The notes beneath the pieces were generated by a model, which had not been told where the DNA came from, did not search any database, and saw only the letters and a list, made by a program, of their open reading frames with translations. Source: a virus (lineage: Duplodnaviria > Caudoviricetes). From it: a DNA stretch of 47,713 nt. The first letter of the stretch is position 1. Every line of letters begins with the position of its first letter. The translations under genes and the position numbers were made by a program. Below, piece after piece: positions 26,622-35,896 of this stretch. The stretch spans positions 1-47,713 of the IMG/VR virus record IMGVR_UViG_3300037692_000179; one strand, written 5' to 3'.

Positions 26622-27343
26622 TGACCAAGATATACTCCGCCAAAGATCCAGAATGTGTAAACCTCCGCATTGTCGAGACTGAAACAGGGAACGAACTTTT
26701 CTTCCCTTCCGCACTCTTCGCCAATGAGGATACCCAGGAATGCTACGTTGAAACTCGCGACAGTTACTCTACCACACCACGTCTTGGTAAACTTGGAGCA
26801 AAGTTCAAAATAGTCAACACACTAACAGGTACACACGGAAAACCAAGCATCAGTAACCTCTTTTCCACTGAAGAGAAAGTCCTTGTTATTGCAGGTGGTC
26901 CCAGTATTAAATCCGACCTTGCTATGCTAGACCTCTCCTCCTTCGGGAAGATAATCTCCATCAACCACCACGGGGCAGAGGTTACTGATGTAGACATTGT
27001 AGTAGCCAACGATACCCATACGTTAAGAAATTCCATAATAACGGACTCCCACATTATCATATCTCAATGGGGACATATCTCAGACTACGTCATAAACGGC
27101 AGGGAGTTTCATCCTTGGTGGCAACATTCTTCCCAAGCCCTTGCCCTTTGGCTTGCCGGCCATATGGCCAACACTGTGGTCCTAGCTGGCTTCGAGATGT
27201 ACGCTATGTCTGACAAAGAACTCCATGACGTTTTAGTTTTCCAGTGGTCAGTAGCAAAGAAATATCTCAACCAAAGTACAAAAATTTTAGTTTGCTCTGG
27301 TCCACTCCAGGAAATATTCAATCCAATTGAGGAGGTGATGTAA
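26621..27343 (+). CDS. Protein with a C-terminal Maf/DUF115 (glycosyltransferase-like) domain
   Basis: VLVIAGGPSI...IISIN...DIVVAND...VVLAGFEM; TAATG coupling. Confidence 0.65.
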   Translation: MTKIYSAKDPECVNLRIVETETGNELFFPSALFANEDTQECYVETRDSYSTTPRLGKLGAKFKIVNTLTGTHGKPSISNLFSTEEKVLVIAGGPSIKSDLAMLDLSSFGKIISINHHGAEVTDVDIVVANDTHTLRNSIITDSHIIISQWGHISDYVINGREFHPWWQHSSQALALWLAGHMANTVVLAGFEMYAMSDKELHDVLVFQWSVAKKYLNQSTKILVCSGPLQEIFNPIEEVM

Positions 27344-27666
27344 TGAAACAGGTCTGTGGAATTTGCGGAGACTACATCAACAGAAACGAAGTGTCCATCC
27401 GCGTGAAAGCCAAGCATGCTTTCGAAGTATACTGTATTGTCCACAAACAGTGTGTTCGAGAGAAGTTCAAATTCCGTGTTCTTCGTCGCAACGGTACTGT
27501 ACCAAAGAAAGACAACCCAGCAGTTACGTTCCTCCATGCACTTAAACCAACCTCTGGAGCAAGACGCCTCAAGGACAACACGAAGAACCAGCTCAATGTT
27601 TACCGCAAAAGACATCTTCCCAAATCCATCCGCTCCATGATGTCCCGCGTTGGAGGAATCATATGA
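27343..27666 (+). CDS. Basic Zn-finger hypothetical protein
   Basis: CGIC...HKQC; GAGGAGG RBS. Confidence 0.65.
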   Translation: MKQVCGICGDYINRNEVSIRVKAKHAFEVYCIVHKQCVREKFKFRVLRRNGTVPKKDNPAVTFLHALKPTSGARRLKDNTKNQLNVYRKRHLPKSIRSMMSRVGGII

Positions 27667-28058
27667 AAGTAATCTACGTAGCCGGACCATATCGCGCGAA
27701 GACCACACATGGAGTCCTCGAGAACATCCGAAGGGCAGAGCAAGTTGCAATCGAAGTCTGGAGAGCCGGACACATCGCTATCTGCCCGCATATGAACAGC
27801 GCCTTTTTCGACGGCCTTGTCCCAGACGAAGTCTTCCTCCACGGCACCATCGAGCTTCTTAAAAGAAGCGACGGCCTTGTCCTTGTCACAGGTTGGCATG
27901 AGTCAACCGGCACACTGGCCGAAATGCGTCACTGCCTCAACAACCGCATCCCAGTTTACTTCGACGCCTACGAACTTTCAAAGGGACAAAACCTAAGCTA
28001 CGAATCCTTAGAGACTCTCATCGGAGACGAAAGCCCCAGCCATCCCGTCAAATTTTGA
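27663..28058 (+). CDS. Nucleoside 2-deoxyribosyltransferase-like (DUF4406/DUF1937-type) protein
   Basis: IYVAGPY...CPH...LLKRSD...GWHESTGTLAE. Confidence 0.82.
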   Translation: MKVIYVAGPYRAKTTHGVLENIRRAEQVAIEVWRAGHIAICPHMNSAFFDGLVPDEVFLHGTIELLKRSDGLVLVTGWHESTGTLAEMRHCLNNRIPVYFDAYELSKGQNLSYESLETLIGDESPSHPVKF

Positions 28059-28069
28059 CACAATAACTG
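28046..28069 (+). repeat. Representative copy of the dispersed 24-bp motif CGTCAAATTTTGACACAATAACTG
   Basis: Other copies start at 3338, 7011, 11757, 14032, 15542, 15590, 16560, 21424, 32117, 35836, 41998 and 45310. Confidence 0.85.
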
Positions 28070-28089
28070 ATAACAAAAGGACACCAGAC

Positions 28090-28827
28090 ATGCCTAATGC
28101 AAAAGACATTTCCCCGGAACTTCAAGACTACAAAGTCTTCGTCTGTGGGGACTCCGGAACAGGAAAAAGCATCTTCGCTTCCACCTTCCCAACACCAGGT
28201 TTCGTCTTCGACTTCGACAAGGGGATCGACTCTTACCGCGGAAAAGACTTCGACTACGAGCAGTTCGACCTCTCACCTCAAGGCTGGGTCCAATTCGAGA
28301 AAACCCTTATGACCCTCGAAAAGGAGTTAAAGGAAGACTGCCGATACAAGACAATCATCATCGACTCCACCACAGTCATGACCGACCTTGCAATGGAACG
28401 CTCCATGCAGCTCGACCCAAAGCGCAGCGCAACCAACGGCCCTCTCTGGAATGTCCACTACCAGATGGTCAAGAACCTCGTCGAAGGGAAGCTCCGCAAG
28501 ATCATCAACCTCCCATGCAACATCGTAGTAATCGCACATCTCGAGAACATCACCAACCAGGAAACTGGTGCTCTCATAGGCATCGAACCGCTTCTCACCG
28601 GCAACCTCTCGAAGCGTGTTCCCGGCTACTTTTCGGAGGTCTACTATGCGAACGTAAAGCAGAAGGACGGCAAGAACCAATACCTCATGCAGACAGTCAA
28701 CAAGGGATTCTACAAAGCCCGCTCCAGAATGCGCGGTGTCGAGGACTACCTCGAAGACTACGTCCCGAATGACTACAACAAGATCATGGAAATGCTGGGA
28801 AAAAACATCAAGAAAGGAGGTAAATAA
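28090..28827 (+). CDS. Phage AAA NTP-binding protein (Sak4-like recombinase)
   Basis: GDSGTGKS, FDFDKG, TIIIDS, VVIAH. Confidence 0.85.
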   Translation: MPNAKDISPELQDYKVFVCGDSGTGKSIFASTFPTPGFVFDFDKGIDSYRGKDFDYEQFDLSPQGWVQFEKTLMTLEKELKEDCRYKTIIIDSTTVMTDLAMERSMQLDPKRSATNGPLWNVHYQMVKNLVEGKLRKIINLPCNIVVIAHLENITNQETGALIGIEPLLTGNLSKRVPGYFSEVYYANVKQKDGKNQYLMQTVNKGFYKARSRMRGVEDYLEDYVPNDYNKIMEMLGKNIKKGGK

Positions 28828-29121
28828 ATGAACAAGGTATACCCAGCAGTAGGCACGGATCAGATTAAAAAACAGGGTGAGATTTGCACCGCACTTGACC
28901 GGCATGAAACGGTGCTCAATACACTTGAGCGAATACTGCAAGAGCTAATCAACAAAATCAAACCTACCATTTCTGATTATGCTTGTGACCCGGACTTTAA
29001 AGAAGAAGAACCTCATCGCAGCTATAACACTGAGTTAGGTGTAAGAATCGCCAGGTGTACCGAGCAACTCAATATCATTAACTCTGTAATCCTCACAACA
29101 ACTGACAGAGTCGAACTTTAA
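28828..29121 (+). CDS. Coiled-coil hypothetical protein
   Basis: AAGGAGG RBS. Confidence 0.65.
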   Translation: MNKVYPAVGTDQIKKQGEICTALDRHETVLNTLERILQELINKIKPTISDYACDPDFKEEEPHRSYNTELGVRIARCTEQLNIINSVILTTTDRVEL

Positions 29122-29172
29122 CCCAGGGCCACCAATCGCCCAACTACAACCCACACAAAGGAGAACCGCACA

Positions 29173-29634
29173 ATGTCCGAATTCAACACTGACTTCAACC
29201 TCGAAGACGATTTCACCCCCGAGCCGCTCGTACCACAAGGCACCTACCGCGCCAACGTCACTGCCGTCTCCCACAACCCTGAGAAATACTGCATCCTGTG
29301 GCAGCTCACTCTCTCCGGCAACGACGGTGTCTGCAGCGACGGCGAAACTCCTGTTGACGGACAGACCGTTTTCTTCAACAACTGGCTTCCGAAGCCCGGC
29401 GACGGAATTGAAATGACCGCCAAGGGCAGCATGACCAAGCGCCAGTCCAAGATCAACCAGCTCAAGAAATTCGCTGACACGATGGACCTGGCCGACCAGT
29501 TCCGTACCCCGGCAGCAATCTCCGAGTTCCTGACCTCCGCTGAAGGCGTTGGCATCGAAGTCCTCATCGACATTAAGATCCGTGAGTACGAAGGAAACTT
29601 CTCCAACGAAGTCTCCAAGATGCGCCTCGCCTAA
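29173..29634 (+). CDS. ssDNA-binding protein (DUF669-like)
   Basis: PLVPQGTYRANV...IREYEG..NEV; follows the Sak4-like gene. Confidence 0.75.
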   Translation: MSEFNTDFNLEDDFTPEPLVPQGTYRANVTAVSHNPEKYCILWQLTLSGNDGVCSDGETPVDGQTVFFNNWLPKPGDGIEMTAKGSMTKRQSKINQLKKFADTMDLADQFRTPAAISEFLTSAEGVGIEVLIDIKIREYEGNFSNEVSKMRLA

Positions 29635-29649
29635 CCCAGCCTAACCCAC

Positions 29650-29682
29650 GGCGGAGGAGCTACCACAGTCCTCCGCCTTTTT
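29650..29682 (+). terminator. Rho-independent terminator
   Basis: GGCGGAGGA-loop-TCCTCCGCC-TTTTT. Confidence 0.85.
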
Positions 29683-29704
29683 CTGTCTTCAGTGGAGCTA
29701 AGAC

Positions 29705-29962
29705 ATGCGACTCCAAGACCTGTACACCAACTTCTCCAATCTCCCACCGACTGACCAAGAGAACTTCATAGTCTCCTACCGCGCCCGCAGAGCAAAAGAA
29801 TTCGAGCTCTTCGAACTCGAAGAAGCCACAAAGAAAAAAGTCTCCACCACGCGCCAGACGACCACGAAACTCTCCCCTGACGAGGAGAACCTTATCAAAC
29901 TCCTCGGCATCACCAAGAAACAATACCTCTCACTCAAGGCCTTAAAGGATGCAGAACAATGA
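29705..29962 (+). CDS. Hypothetical protein (85 aa)
   Basis: GGAG RBS; ATGA overlap with the next gene. Confidence 0.7.
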   Translation: MRLQDLYTNFSNLPPTDQENFIVSYRARRAKEFELFELEEATKKKVSTTRQTTTKLSPDEENLIKLLGITKKQYLSLKALKDAEQ

Positions 29963-30285
29963 AGATCTCCGACATCATGACTGAAGCCCACGAAACAGCT
30001 CTTGAAAAAGGCTGGTACGACCCGCCCAAAACACTTGGCGAAGCCGTCCTCCTCGTACACACAGAACTTTCCGAAGCAGTCGAGGAACTCCGCAAGGATG
30101 TCCCAATTGACTCCATCTACTTCCTCTCTGACAAACCCGAAGGCTTTGGTGTCGAACTCGCAGACGCAATCATCCGCATCTGCGACATTGCTCAATACCA
30201 CAGCATCGACCTCGAGGACGCCATCCGCCTCAAGCTCGAGTACAACAAGACTCGCCCGCGCCGCCACGGAGGGAAGAAACTATGA
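29959..30285 (+). CDS. MazG-like NTP pyrophosphohydrolase
   Basis: HTELSEAVEE...ELADAIIRICD...KLEYNKTR. Confidence 0.88.
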   Translation: MKISDIMTEAHETALEKGWYDPPKTLGEAVLLVHTELSEAVEELRKDVPIDSIYFLSDKPEGFGVELADAIIRICDIAQYHSIDLEDAIRLKLEYNKTRPRRHGGKKL

Positions 30286-30545
30286 CAGACAACGTCGACC
30301 TTGGCCCCTTCGACCTCGTCTGCACAGCACAGGCTAAAGTCGAATGGCTTTCCGACGAGGATGACCTCGACAAGCTCGCAATGCGTGAGATGTTCCAGGC
30401 CCACCTCGACAAACTCGCACGGCAGTTCCAGGTAATAATGGCCCACAAAATCAAGACTGCCCTAACCCAATCCCACCGCTGTGTCGAAGACTCCTCCTTC
30501 GGTGCACTCCACAAAGGAGCAAAAGATGGAATCCCAGACCTTTGA
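30282..30545 (+). CDS. Hypothetical protein
   Basis: GGAGG RBS; overlaps both neighbours. Confidence 0.6.
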   Translation: MTDNVDLGPFDLVCTAQAKVEWLSDEDDLDKLAMREMFQAHLDKLARQFQVIMAHKIKTALTQSHRCVEDSSFGALHKGAKDGIPDL

Positions 30546-31857
30546 AGACGACCTCCAGAGCAAGTGTCTCCTGATCGACCCAAGCAAAATCACGGTCCGG
30601 GATTCCCTTCCAAGGTACAGAAAAGACCTCGGCTCCCTTGAAGACCTCGCAAAGTCCATCCGCGAGAAGGGACAAATCCAGCCAGTCCTCATCAACAAAG
30701 ACTACGAACTCATCGCCGGAGGTCGCAGACTCGCCGCATGTCTCCTCGGCGGTCTCCAAGTCAAGGTTGTCTTCTCCGACTCCATCGACGACCTCACCAT
30801 GCGCGAGCTCGAAGTCGAAGAAAACGTCCAGCGTAAACCCTTCACACCAGCTGAGGAAGTCCTCGCAGTCGACGAGCTCCACAAGCTCAAGCAAGCCAAG
30901 TACGGGACATCCGCCCCAGGTAGAATCGGCGGCTGGGGCTTGGACAAAACCGCAGAGATTATCGGCAAAACACGATCCGCTGTCGTCGACGACATTAAGC
31001 TTGCCGAAGCAGTCCGCATGTTCCCGGAGCTCTCCGAGGCCAAGACAAAACAGGAAATCCGCAAAGCAGTCCGGACCATGGAGGACCTGAACAAGCGCTC
31101 CATCGCTTCAGTCGAATACGACAAGGTCATGGAGAAAACCAAGCTCCCAATCTCCTTCGACCTTTGCAAAGCCGAAGAACAAATGCCGCTCATCCCAGAC
31201 AACTCCATCGACATCCTCCTCACAGACCCACCTTACGGCATGGATGTCTTCAACAACTCCAGTACCTTCCTATCCAAGACTTTCGGCAACGCCGGATTCA
31301 AGTACGACGACGACAAAGACAAGGCCCTCGTCCTCTACCAACTCCTCGCCAAGGAAAGTTTTCGCTTCTGCAAAGAAACCTCCCACGCCTATGTCTTCTG
31401 TTGCCCTGAACACTTCGACCGCATCCGCTCCTACTTCCTTGCAGCCGGCTGGCTCTGCCATATCCGCCCCATGATCTGGATCAAAAAGTCCTCCGGTCAG
31501 AACAACGCACCTTTCCACTGGCCAAGTTCCTGCTACGAAATGATCCTCTACGCGAGGAGAAAAGACTCAGTCCTTATCAAACCAGGACTTGCCGACTGGG
31601 TCCAGCATCCTCCTGTCTCCGACACCGAGAGAGTCCACCAGGCACAAAAACCAGTCGTCCTTCTTCGGGACCTTATCTCCCGCAGCGTCTACCCCAACAG
31701 CATCCTCTACGATCCCTTCTGCGGTTCCGCAGCTACCCTCGAGGCCGGCCTTGAAGAACGCCTTGTAGTCAAGGGATGCGAGATGTTGAAGGAAGCCTAC
31801 GACGCTGGACGAACACAGATCATCAAATACCAGCAAAGAAAGGACGGGAAGGAATGA
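30526..31857 (+). CDS. ParB/Spo0J-like CTPase + HTH fused to a beta-class N6A/N4C DNA methyltransferase
   Basis: LAKSIREKGQIQPV, IAGGRRL, EENVQRK; HTH LDKTAEIIGKTRSAV; TDPPY; H..QKP; DPFCGS. Confidence 0.9.
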   Translation: MESQTFEDDLQSKCLLIDPSKITVRDSLPRYRKDLGSLEDLAKSIREKGQIQPVLINKDYELIAGGRRLAACLLGGLQVKVVFSDSIDDLTMRELEVEENVQRKPFTPAEEVLAVDELHKLKQAKYGTSAPGRIGGWGLDKTAEIIGKTRSAVVDDIKLAEAVRMFPELSEAKTKQEIRKAVRTMEDLNKRSIASVEYDKVMEKTKLPISFDLCKAEEQMPLIPDNSIDILLTDPPYGMDVFNNSSTFLSKTFGNAGFKYDDDKDKALVLYQLLAKESFRFCKETSHAYVFCCPEHFDRIRSYFLAAGWLCHIRPMIWIKKSSGQNNAPFHWPSSCYEMILYARRKDSVLIKPGLADWVQHPPVSDTERVHQAQKPVVLLRDLISRSVYPNSILYDPFCGSAATLEAGLEERLVVKGCEMLKEAYDAGRTQIIKYQQRKDGKE

Positions 31858-32117
31858 GCGCAAGCAAGCGTGTGTTAGACTGGGCAGACTTTTCCAGCGA
31901 GGTTGCCACCCATATCGAGGACTACACCGTCCCTCAATACGGCGACAAGGGAGAAGACATCGTAACCAACTGGACCGCCGAAGACTGCCTTCGCCAAGTC
32001 GACAAATACCTCAAACGCCGAGGACGCAACGCACGACCTGACCAAGACAGGCTCGATCTTATCAAAGCAGTACACTTTATCCAAATGGCTGTAGAGAAGA
32101 TCGACACCAGTCATTAA
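31854..32117 (+). CDS. DUF3310-like small helical protein (putative nucleotide kinase/hydrolase)
   Basis: KYLKRRG...DLIKAVHF pattern. Confidence 0.55.
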   Translation: MSASKRVLDWADFSSEVATHIEDYTVPQYGDKGEDIVTNWTAEDCLRQVDKYLKRRGRNARPDQDRLDLIKAVHFIQMAVEKIDTSH

Positions 32118-32154
32118 TTCAAATTTTGAACATTTCCCTGAAAAGGAGGCTGCA

Positions 32155-34608
32155 ATGCAGCTCAACACAGTTGGCCCGACAGGTGCCAAGATTATGCTCC
32201 TCGGAGAGTACCCCAGCCCAGACGACATGAGGGCCGGAGTTCCCTTCACCTCTTGGCAAGGGCGTCTTCTCGACGGTATCCTCCGCAACGCAGGCATCTC
32301 CCGCTACGAGTGCATCCAAAGCTTCGTCGCCAGAGAGTTCCCGCCCGGCGGTAACATCTCCCTCATGTTCAAGGACAAAGCCAGGACCCAGCCGAACGAT
32401 ACGCTACGCCTCTGGCTCTCCAATCTCAAAGCAGACATAGAGAAGTTCAAGCCAAACATCGTCGTCTGCATGGGGTCATTTGCTCTCTGGGCGATGAAGG
32501 GAACCTGGAGGATGAAGGACTACAGAGGGTATGTCGTCGAAAGCTCCATTGTCCCGGAGCAAAAGATCCTCACAACGGAGAGTATGTTTACTGTAAACAA
32601 AGACTACGAGCTCTCCTTCCCTGTCATCATGGACTTCAAGAAGGTACGAAAGCACTGTGAGTTCCGGGAAATCCCTGGAGATCAAAAGGTCATAGTCTCC
32701 GATGCCACCCTATCCGAGTTCCTTGACTACTGCGACTTCCTTTGCAACGACCCAGCCGTAGTCCACATCTCCGCTGACATTGAAACATCCCAGCCGAACA
32801 ACCATATAAACAGGATGGGGCTAAGCCATGATCCGACCTTCGGCCTTTCGTTCGAGTTCCTCCGTGGACATTTTCCAGCCCTTCCCCAGCGCGACGAAGT
32901 TGCTGCTTGGACTGCTCTTGCCAAAGTCCTTACATCCGAAAAAGGTAAGGTATTCCAAAATGCACCTTACGACGTCCCAGTCCTATGGCGTAACAATGGT
33001 ATCCTTACTCACCCGCTATGGATGGATACACTTATCGCAGCCCACTGCCTCTGGCCGGAGTCAAAGAGAGACCTCGGATTCCTCGCATCCATCTGCCTCG
33101 ACACCGAGCCGTGGAAGCACACATCCAGTGAGACACCTGGTTACTATAACGGGGCTGACGCAGCAAATACTTTGGCTATTGCTTATGTTCTCAATCAGGA
33201 AATTGACAAGTTCGGCGTCAGGGATATCTTCAACCACGAGATGAGGCAAATCCCTGCCGCAAGTTTCCTCCAACTTCAGGGTGTCAAGATCAACACGGAG
33301 ACACAGAAAAAGCTTATCGCAAAAAGTGCCTCCCTTGCAGCCGAGGCAAAGAAGTCCCTCGACTCCCTCATCGGCAAGGACGTAAACTACAACTCCACAA
33401 AGCAACTCGCACAGCTTCTCTACATCGACCTTGGACTCCCAACCCAATACAAGCGACGCAAGAAAGCCTCCGACCCACGCTCCGTAACTACCGATGCAGA
33501 AGCACTTAACAAACTCGCCAGAGAAAACCCACACCCAATCTTAGAACTCCTTTTATCTTACAGAAAATGGACGAAGCAAAGCCAAGCACTCGGAAAACCA
33601 GTCTCCCCTAAAGGCCGCTACCATACTTCTTACAACATCGCCTGGCGTCAGAAAGACGAGAAAGGTAAAATTGTCGAAGAAGAGAGCGGCACGGAAACCG
33701 GGCGCTGGTCAAGCTCTGCAAGCATAATAGAACCCTACGGCCCTGGGAACCTCCAGAACCAGAATAAGTTCGCCAGGGAGATGTACGAACCCGACGAAGG
33801 ATGTGTGTTGCTTCAAGCTGACTATGTCCAAGCCGAAGCTGTCGTCGTCGCGTATCTTACTGGGGATCGCAAGCTCAAAGACATCTTCAGAAACAAAGAA
33901 GACCTGCATTGCTACACAGCCTCCACGATGTTCGGAGTCCCTGTGGAATCCATCTCCAAGGAATCCCATGAGCGTCGTGTAGGAAAGACTCTCCGTCACG
34001 CAACGAACTACTCCGCCGGCCCAGCAGTCGTCGCCAAGGCCCTTGACATCCGTATCACCGAGGCAAAACGTCTCCTCGAGATGTACCTTTCCGTTAACCC
34101 TCTCCTCCTCGTCTGGCATAACAGGGTAAAGAGAAAGCTCGAGCAAGACAGAATCATCATAACTCCAATGGGACGCAAGCGTAAGTTCCTAGGTCGCTGG
34201 GATGACTCTCTTTTCCGCAGCGCCTACGCATTCGAGCCACAGTCTACTGTCGGAGACCTCCTCAACGCCTCCATGGTAGACCTCTACGAAAAGTACGGAG
34301 ACATCATCAACCTGTGGATGCAGCTCCACGATGCCATCTACACGACACCACAGGACAACCATGACTCAGTCAAATTCACAATGGAGAAAAAACTCGAGTG
34401 TATGATCCGGGAGCTTGATGTCGAGGGAGACAAGATGATTATTGATGTTGACTTCTCCGTCGGACGCAACTGGAAAGATATGTCAGATGCGAGACTAAAA
34501 GACGGTGTAGTAGAAGTAAAGACTAAGACCGGCACCAACGAAGACAACAAACCCATTTTTTCTTGGGTCCACTACGACCAGTGGTCCAGTGATACAAAAC
34601 TTAAATAG
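32155..34608 (+). CDS. polA: Family A DNA polymerase with an N-terminal UDG-like domain and 3'-5' exonuclease
   Basis: GP.GAKIMLLGE.P (UDG-like); ADIET, NAPYD, YNGAD (exonuclease); TGRWSS, NLQN, DYVQAE, R..K...NY, LHDA (polymerase). Confidence 0.93.
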   Translation: MQLNTVGPTGAKIMLLGEYPSPDDMRAGVPFTSWQGRLLDGILRNAGISRYECIQSFVAREFPPGGNISLMFKDKARTQPNDTLRLWLSNLKADIEKFKPNIVVCMGSFALWAMKGTWRMKDYRGYVVESSIVPEQKILTTESMFTVNKDYELSFPVIMDFKKVRKHCEFREIPGDQKVIVSDATLSEFLDYCDFLCNDPAVVHISADIETSQPNNHINRMGLSHDPTFGLSFEFLRGHFPALPQRDEVAAWTALAKVLTSEKGKVFQNAPYDVPVLWRNNGILTHPLWMDTLIAAHCLWPESKRDLGFLASICLDTEPWKHTSSETPGYYNGADAANTLAIAYVLNQEIDKFGVRDIFNHEMRQIPAASFLQLQGVKINTETQKKLIAKSASLAAEAKKSLDSLIGKDVNYNSTKQLAQLLYIDLGLPTQYKRRKKASDPRSVTTDAEALNKLARENPHPILELLLSYRKWTKQSQALGKPVSPKGRYHTSYNIAWRQKDEKGKIVEEESGTETGRWSSSASIIEPYGPGNLQNQNKFAREMYEPDEGCVLLQADYVQAEAVVVAYLTGDRKLKDIFRNKEDLHCYTASTMFGVPVESISKESHERRVGKTLRHATNYSAGPAVVAKALDIRITEAKRLLEMYLSVNPLLLVWHNRVKRKLEQDRIIITPMGRKRKFLGRWDDSLFRSAYAFEPQSTVGDLLNASMVDLYEKYGDIINLWMQLHDAIYTTPQDNHDSVKFTMEKKLECMIRELDVEGDKMIIDVDFSVGRNWKDMSDARLKDGVVEVKTKTGTNEDNKPIFSWVHYDQWSSDTKLK

Positions 34609-34617
34609 GAGGCCCGC

Positions 34618-35826
34618 ATGGCTGAGCGGGAAAATCCAGATTGGGTTCAAGCCTACCTAGACTACACAGAGAACACTGAGAGCGCGGATGTCTTCCACAA
34701 GTGGACAGCATATTCCATGATCTCAGCGGTCCTCCGCAAGAAAGTCAGACTTGAACTCGGGAGGATAAACGTCTACCCTAACATGTACATCGTCCTAGTC
34801 GCTGAACCAGGTGTCGCAAGGAAGAGCCAGGCAATCTCTTACGGCACCAAGTTCCTCGATAAACTACCAGATGTCTTCACCACAGCAGACAGTATCACCC
34901 GTGAAGCTCTTCTCGATGACCTTGAAAAATGTGCTGTTGACGAGCCACTCCCAGGAGGAGAAACAATGCGACACACCTCGATCTCCATCATCGCTAAGGA
35001 GTTCGAGATTTTCCTAGGACAAAAAGTTGAAAACACTAAGATGCTAGTCCTTCTCACTGACCTATTCGACGCACAGGAGGTTCCATGGAAGTACAGGACA
35101 AAATCCAGCGGGACGAACATAATCCCCTCAGTATACGTCAACTTATTGGGTGCCACTACTCCGGAGAGTCTTGCAAGTTGCCTCCCTCCGAGTGCCATTG
35201 GAGGGGGATTGACTTCCCGAATCCTCTTTGTATGGGCCAGCAAGAAGGGAAAGAAGATCCCGATACCAACGATCTCGGAGTCAGTAAAGACCCTGGGTGA
35301 GTCCATCCAAAGGGACCTGTTCAAGATATCCAAGATAGCAGGCATCTACCAGTTCAGCAAAGAGGCTGAAGAGTTCTGGTGTTCCTGGTACATGAGCTAC
35401 GACGAGGCAAGTTCTTCCCGCGTCTGCCTTGACAAAAGCTTCGACGGATGGTACAGTCGTAAGCCAATGTATATCTTGAAGATGACACAGGTACTAGCCG
35501 CATCTCAGAGTGACGACCTTTTAATCCAGCCGAAACATATTGAACGTGCCATCTCGGAAATAGAGAGCATAGAACATTACATGTCTCGAACATTCCGAGC
35601 AGTTGGTAGGAGTGAGATCACAGCGGATGTGGATGTTGTATCGGAGATTATTAAGGACCGCGGAGTTATCTCAGAGAAGAAGCTTATGCAGCTTGTATGG
35701 CGGGACATTGACGCAGGGAAATTCGACAACGTGATAAACACTGCGATCAAGACAGGAAGGGTGCAGAGGCTCTATCAGTTCCAGGGCACGAAGGGAATCT
35801 TTTATACCTGGAACAATGATGCGTAG
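34618..35826 (+). CDS. DUF3987-type P-loop ATPase (putative replicative helicase) with a C-terminal wHTH
   Basis: PNMYIVLVAEPGVARKS; LLGATTP; GGLTSRILFV; adjacent to polA. Confidence 0.75.
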   Translation: MAERENPDWVQAYLDYTENTESADVFHKWTAYSMISAVLRKKVRLELGRINVYPNMYIVLVAEPGVARKSQAISYGTKFLDKLPDVFTTADSITREALLDDLEKCAVDEPLPGGETMRHTSISIIAKEFEIFLGQKVENTKMLVLLTDLFDAQEVPWKYRTKSSGTNIIPSVYVNLLGATTPESLASCLPPSAIGGGLTSRILFVWASKKGKKIPIPTISESVKTLGESIQRDLFKISKIAGIYQFSKEAEEFWCSWYMSYDEASSSRVCLDKSFDGWYSRKPMYILKMTQVLAASQSDDLLIQPKHIERAISEIESIEHYMSRTFRAVGRSEITADVDVVSEIIKDRGVISEKKLMQLVWRDIDAGKFDNVINTAIKTGRVQRLYQFQGTKGIFYTWNNDA

Positions 35827-35860
35827 CAGTAAAAGATTCAAAATTTGACACAAAAGCTGA

Positions 35861-35890
35861 AAAGGGTGGGAGATTAAGTTCCCACCCTTT
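35861..35890. terminator. Bidirectional terminator between the convergent modules
   Basis: AAAGGGTGGGA-loop-TCCCACCCTTT. Confidence 0.8.
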
Positions 35891-35896
35891 CCTTTC

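Noticed and set aside
29628-29648. GCCTAACCCA x2 as another attC site
   Set aside because: No matching GTT arm. It is a short duplication before an intrinsic terminator.
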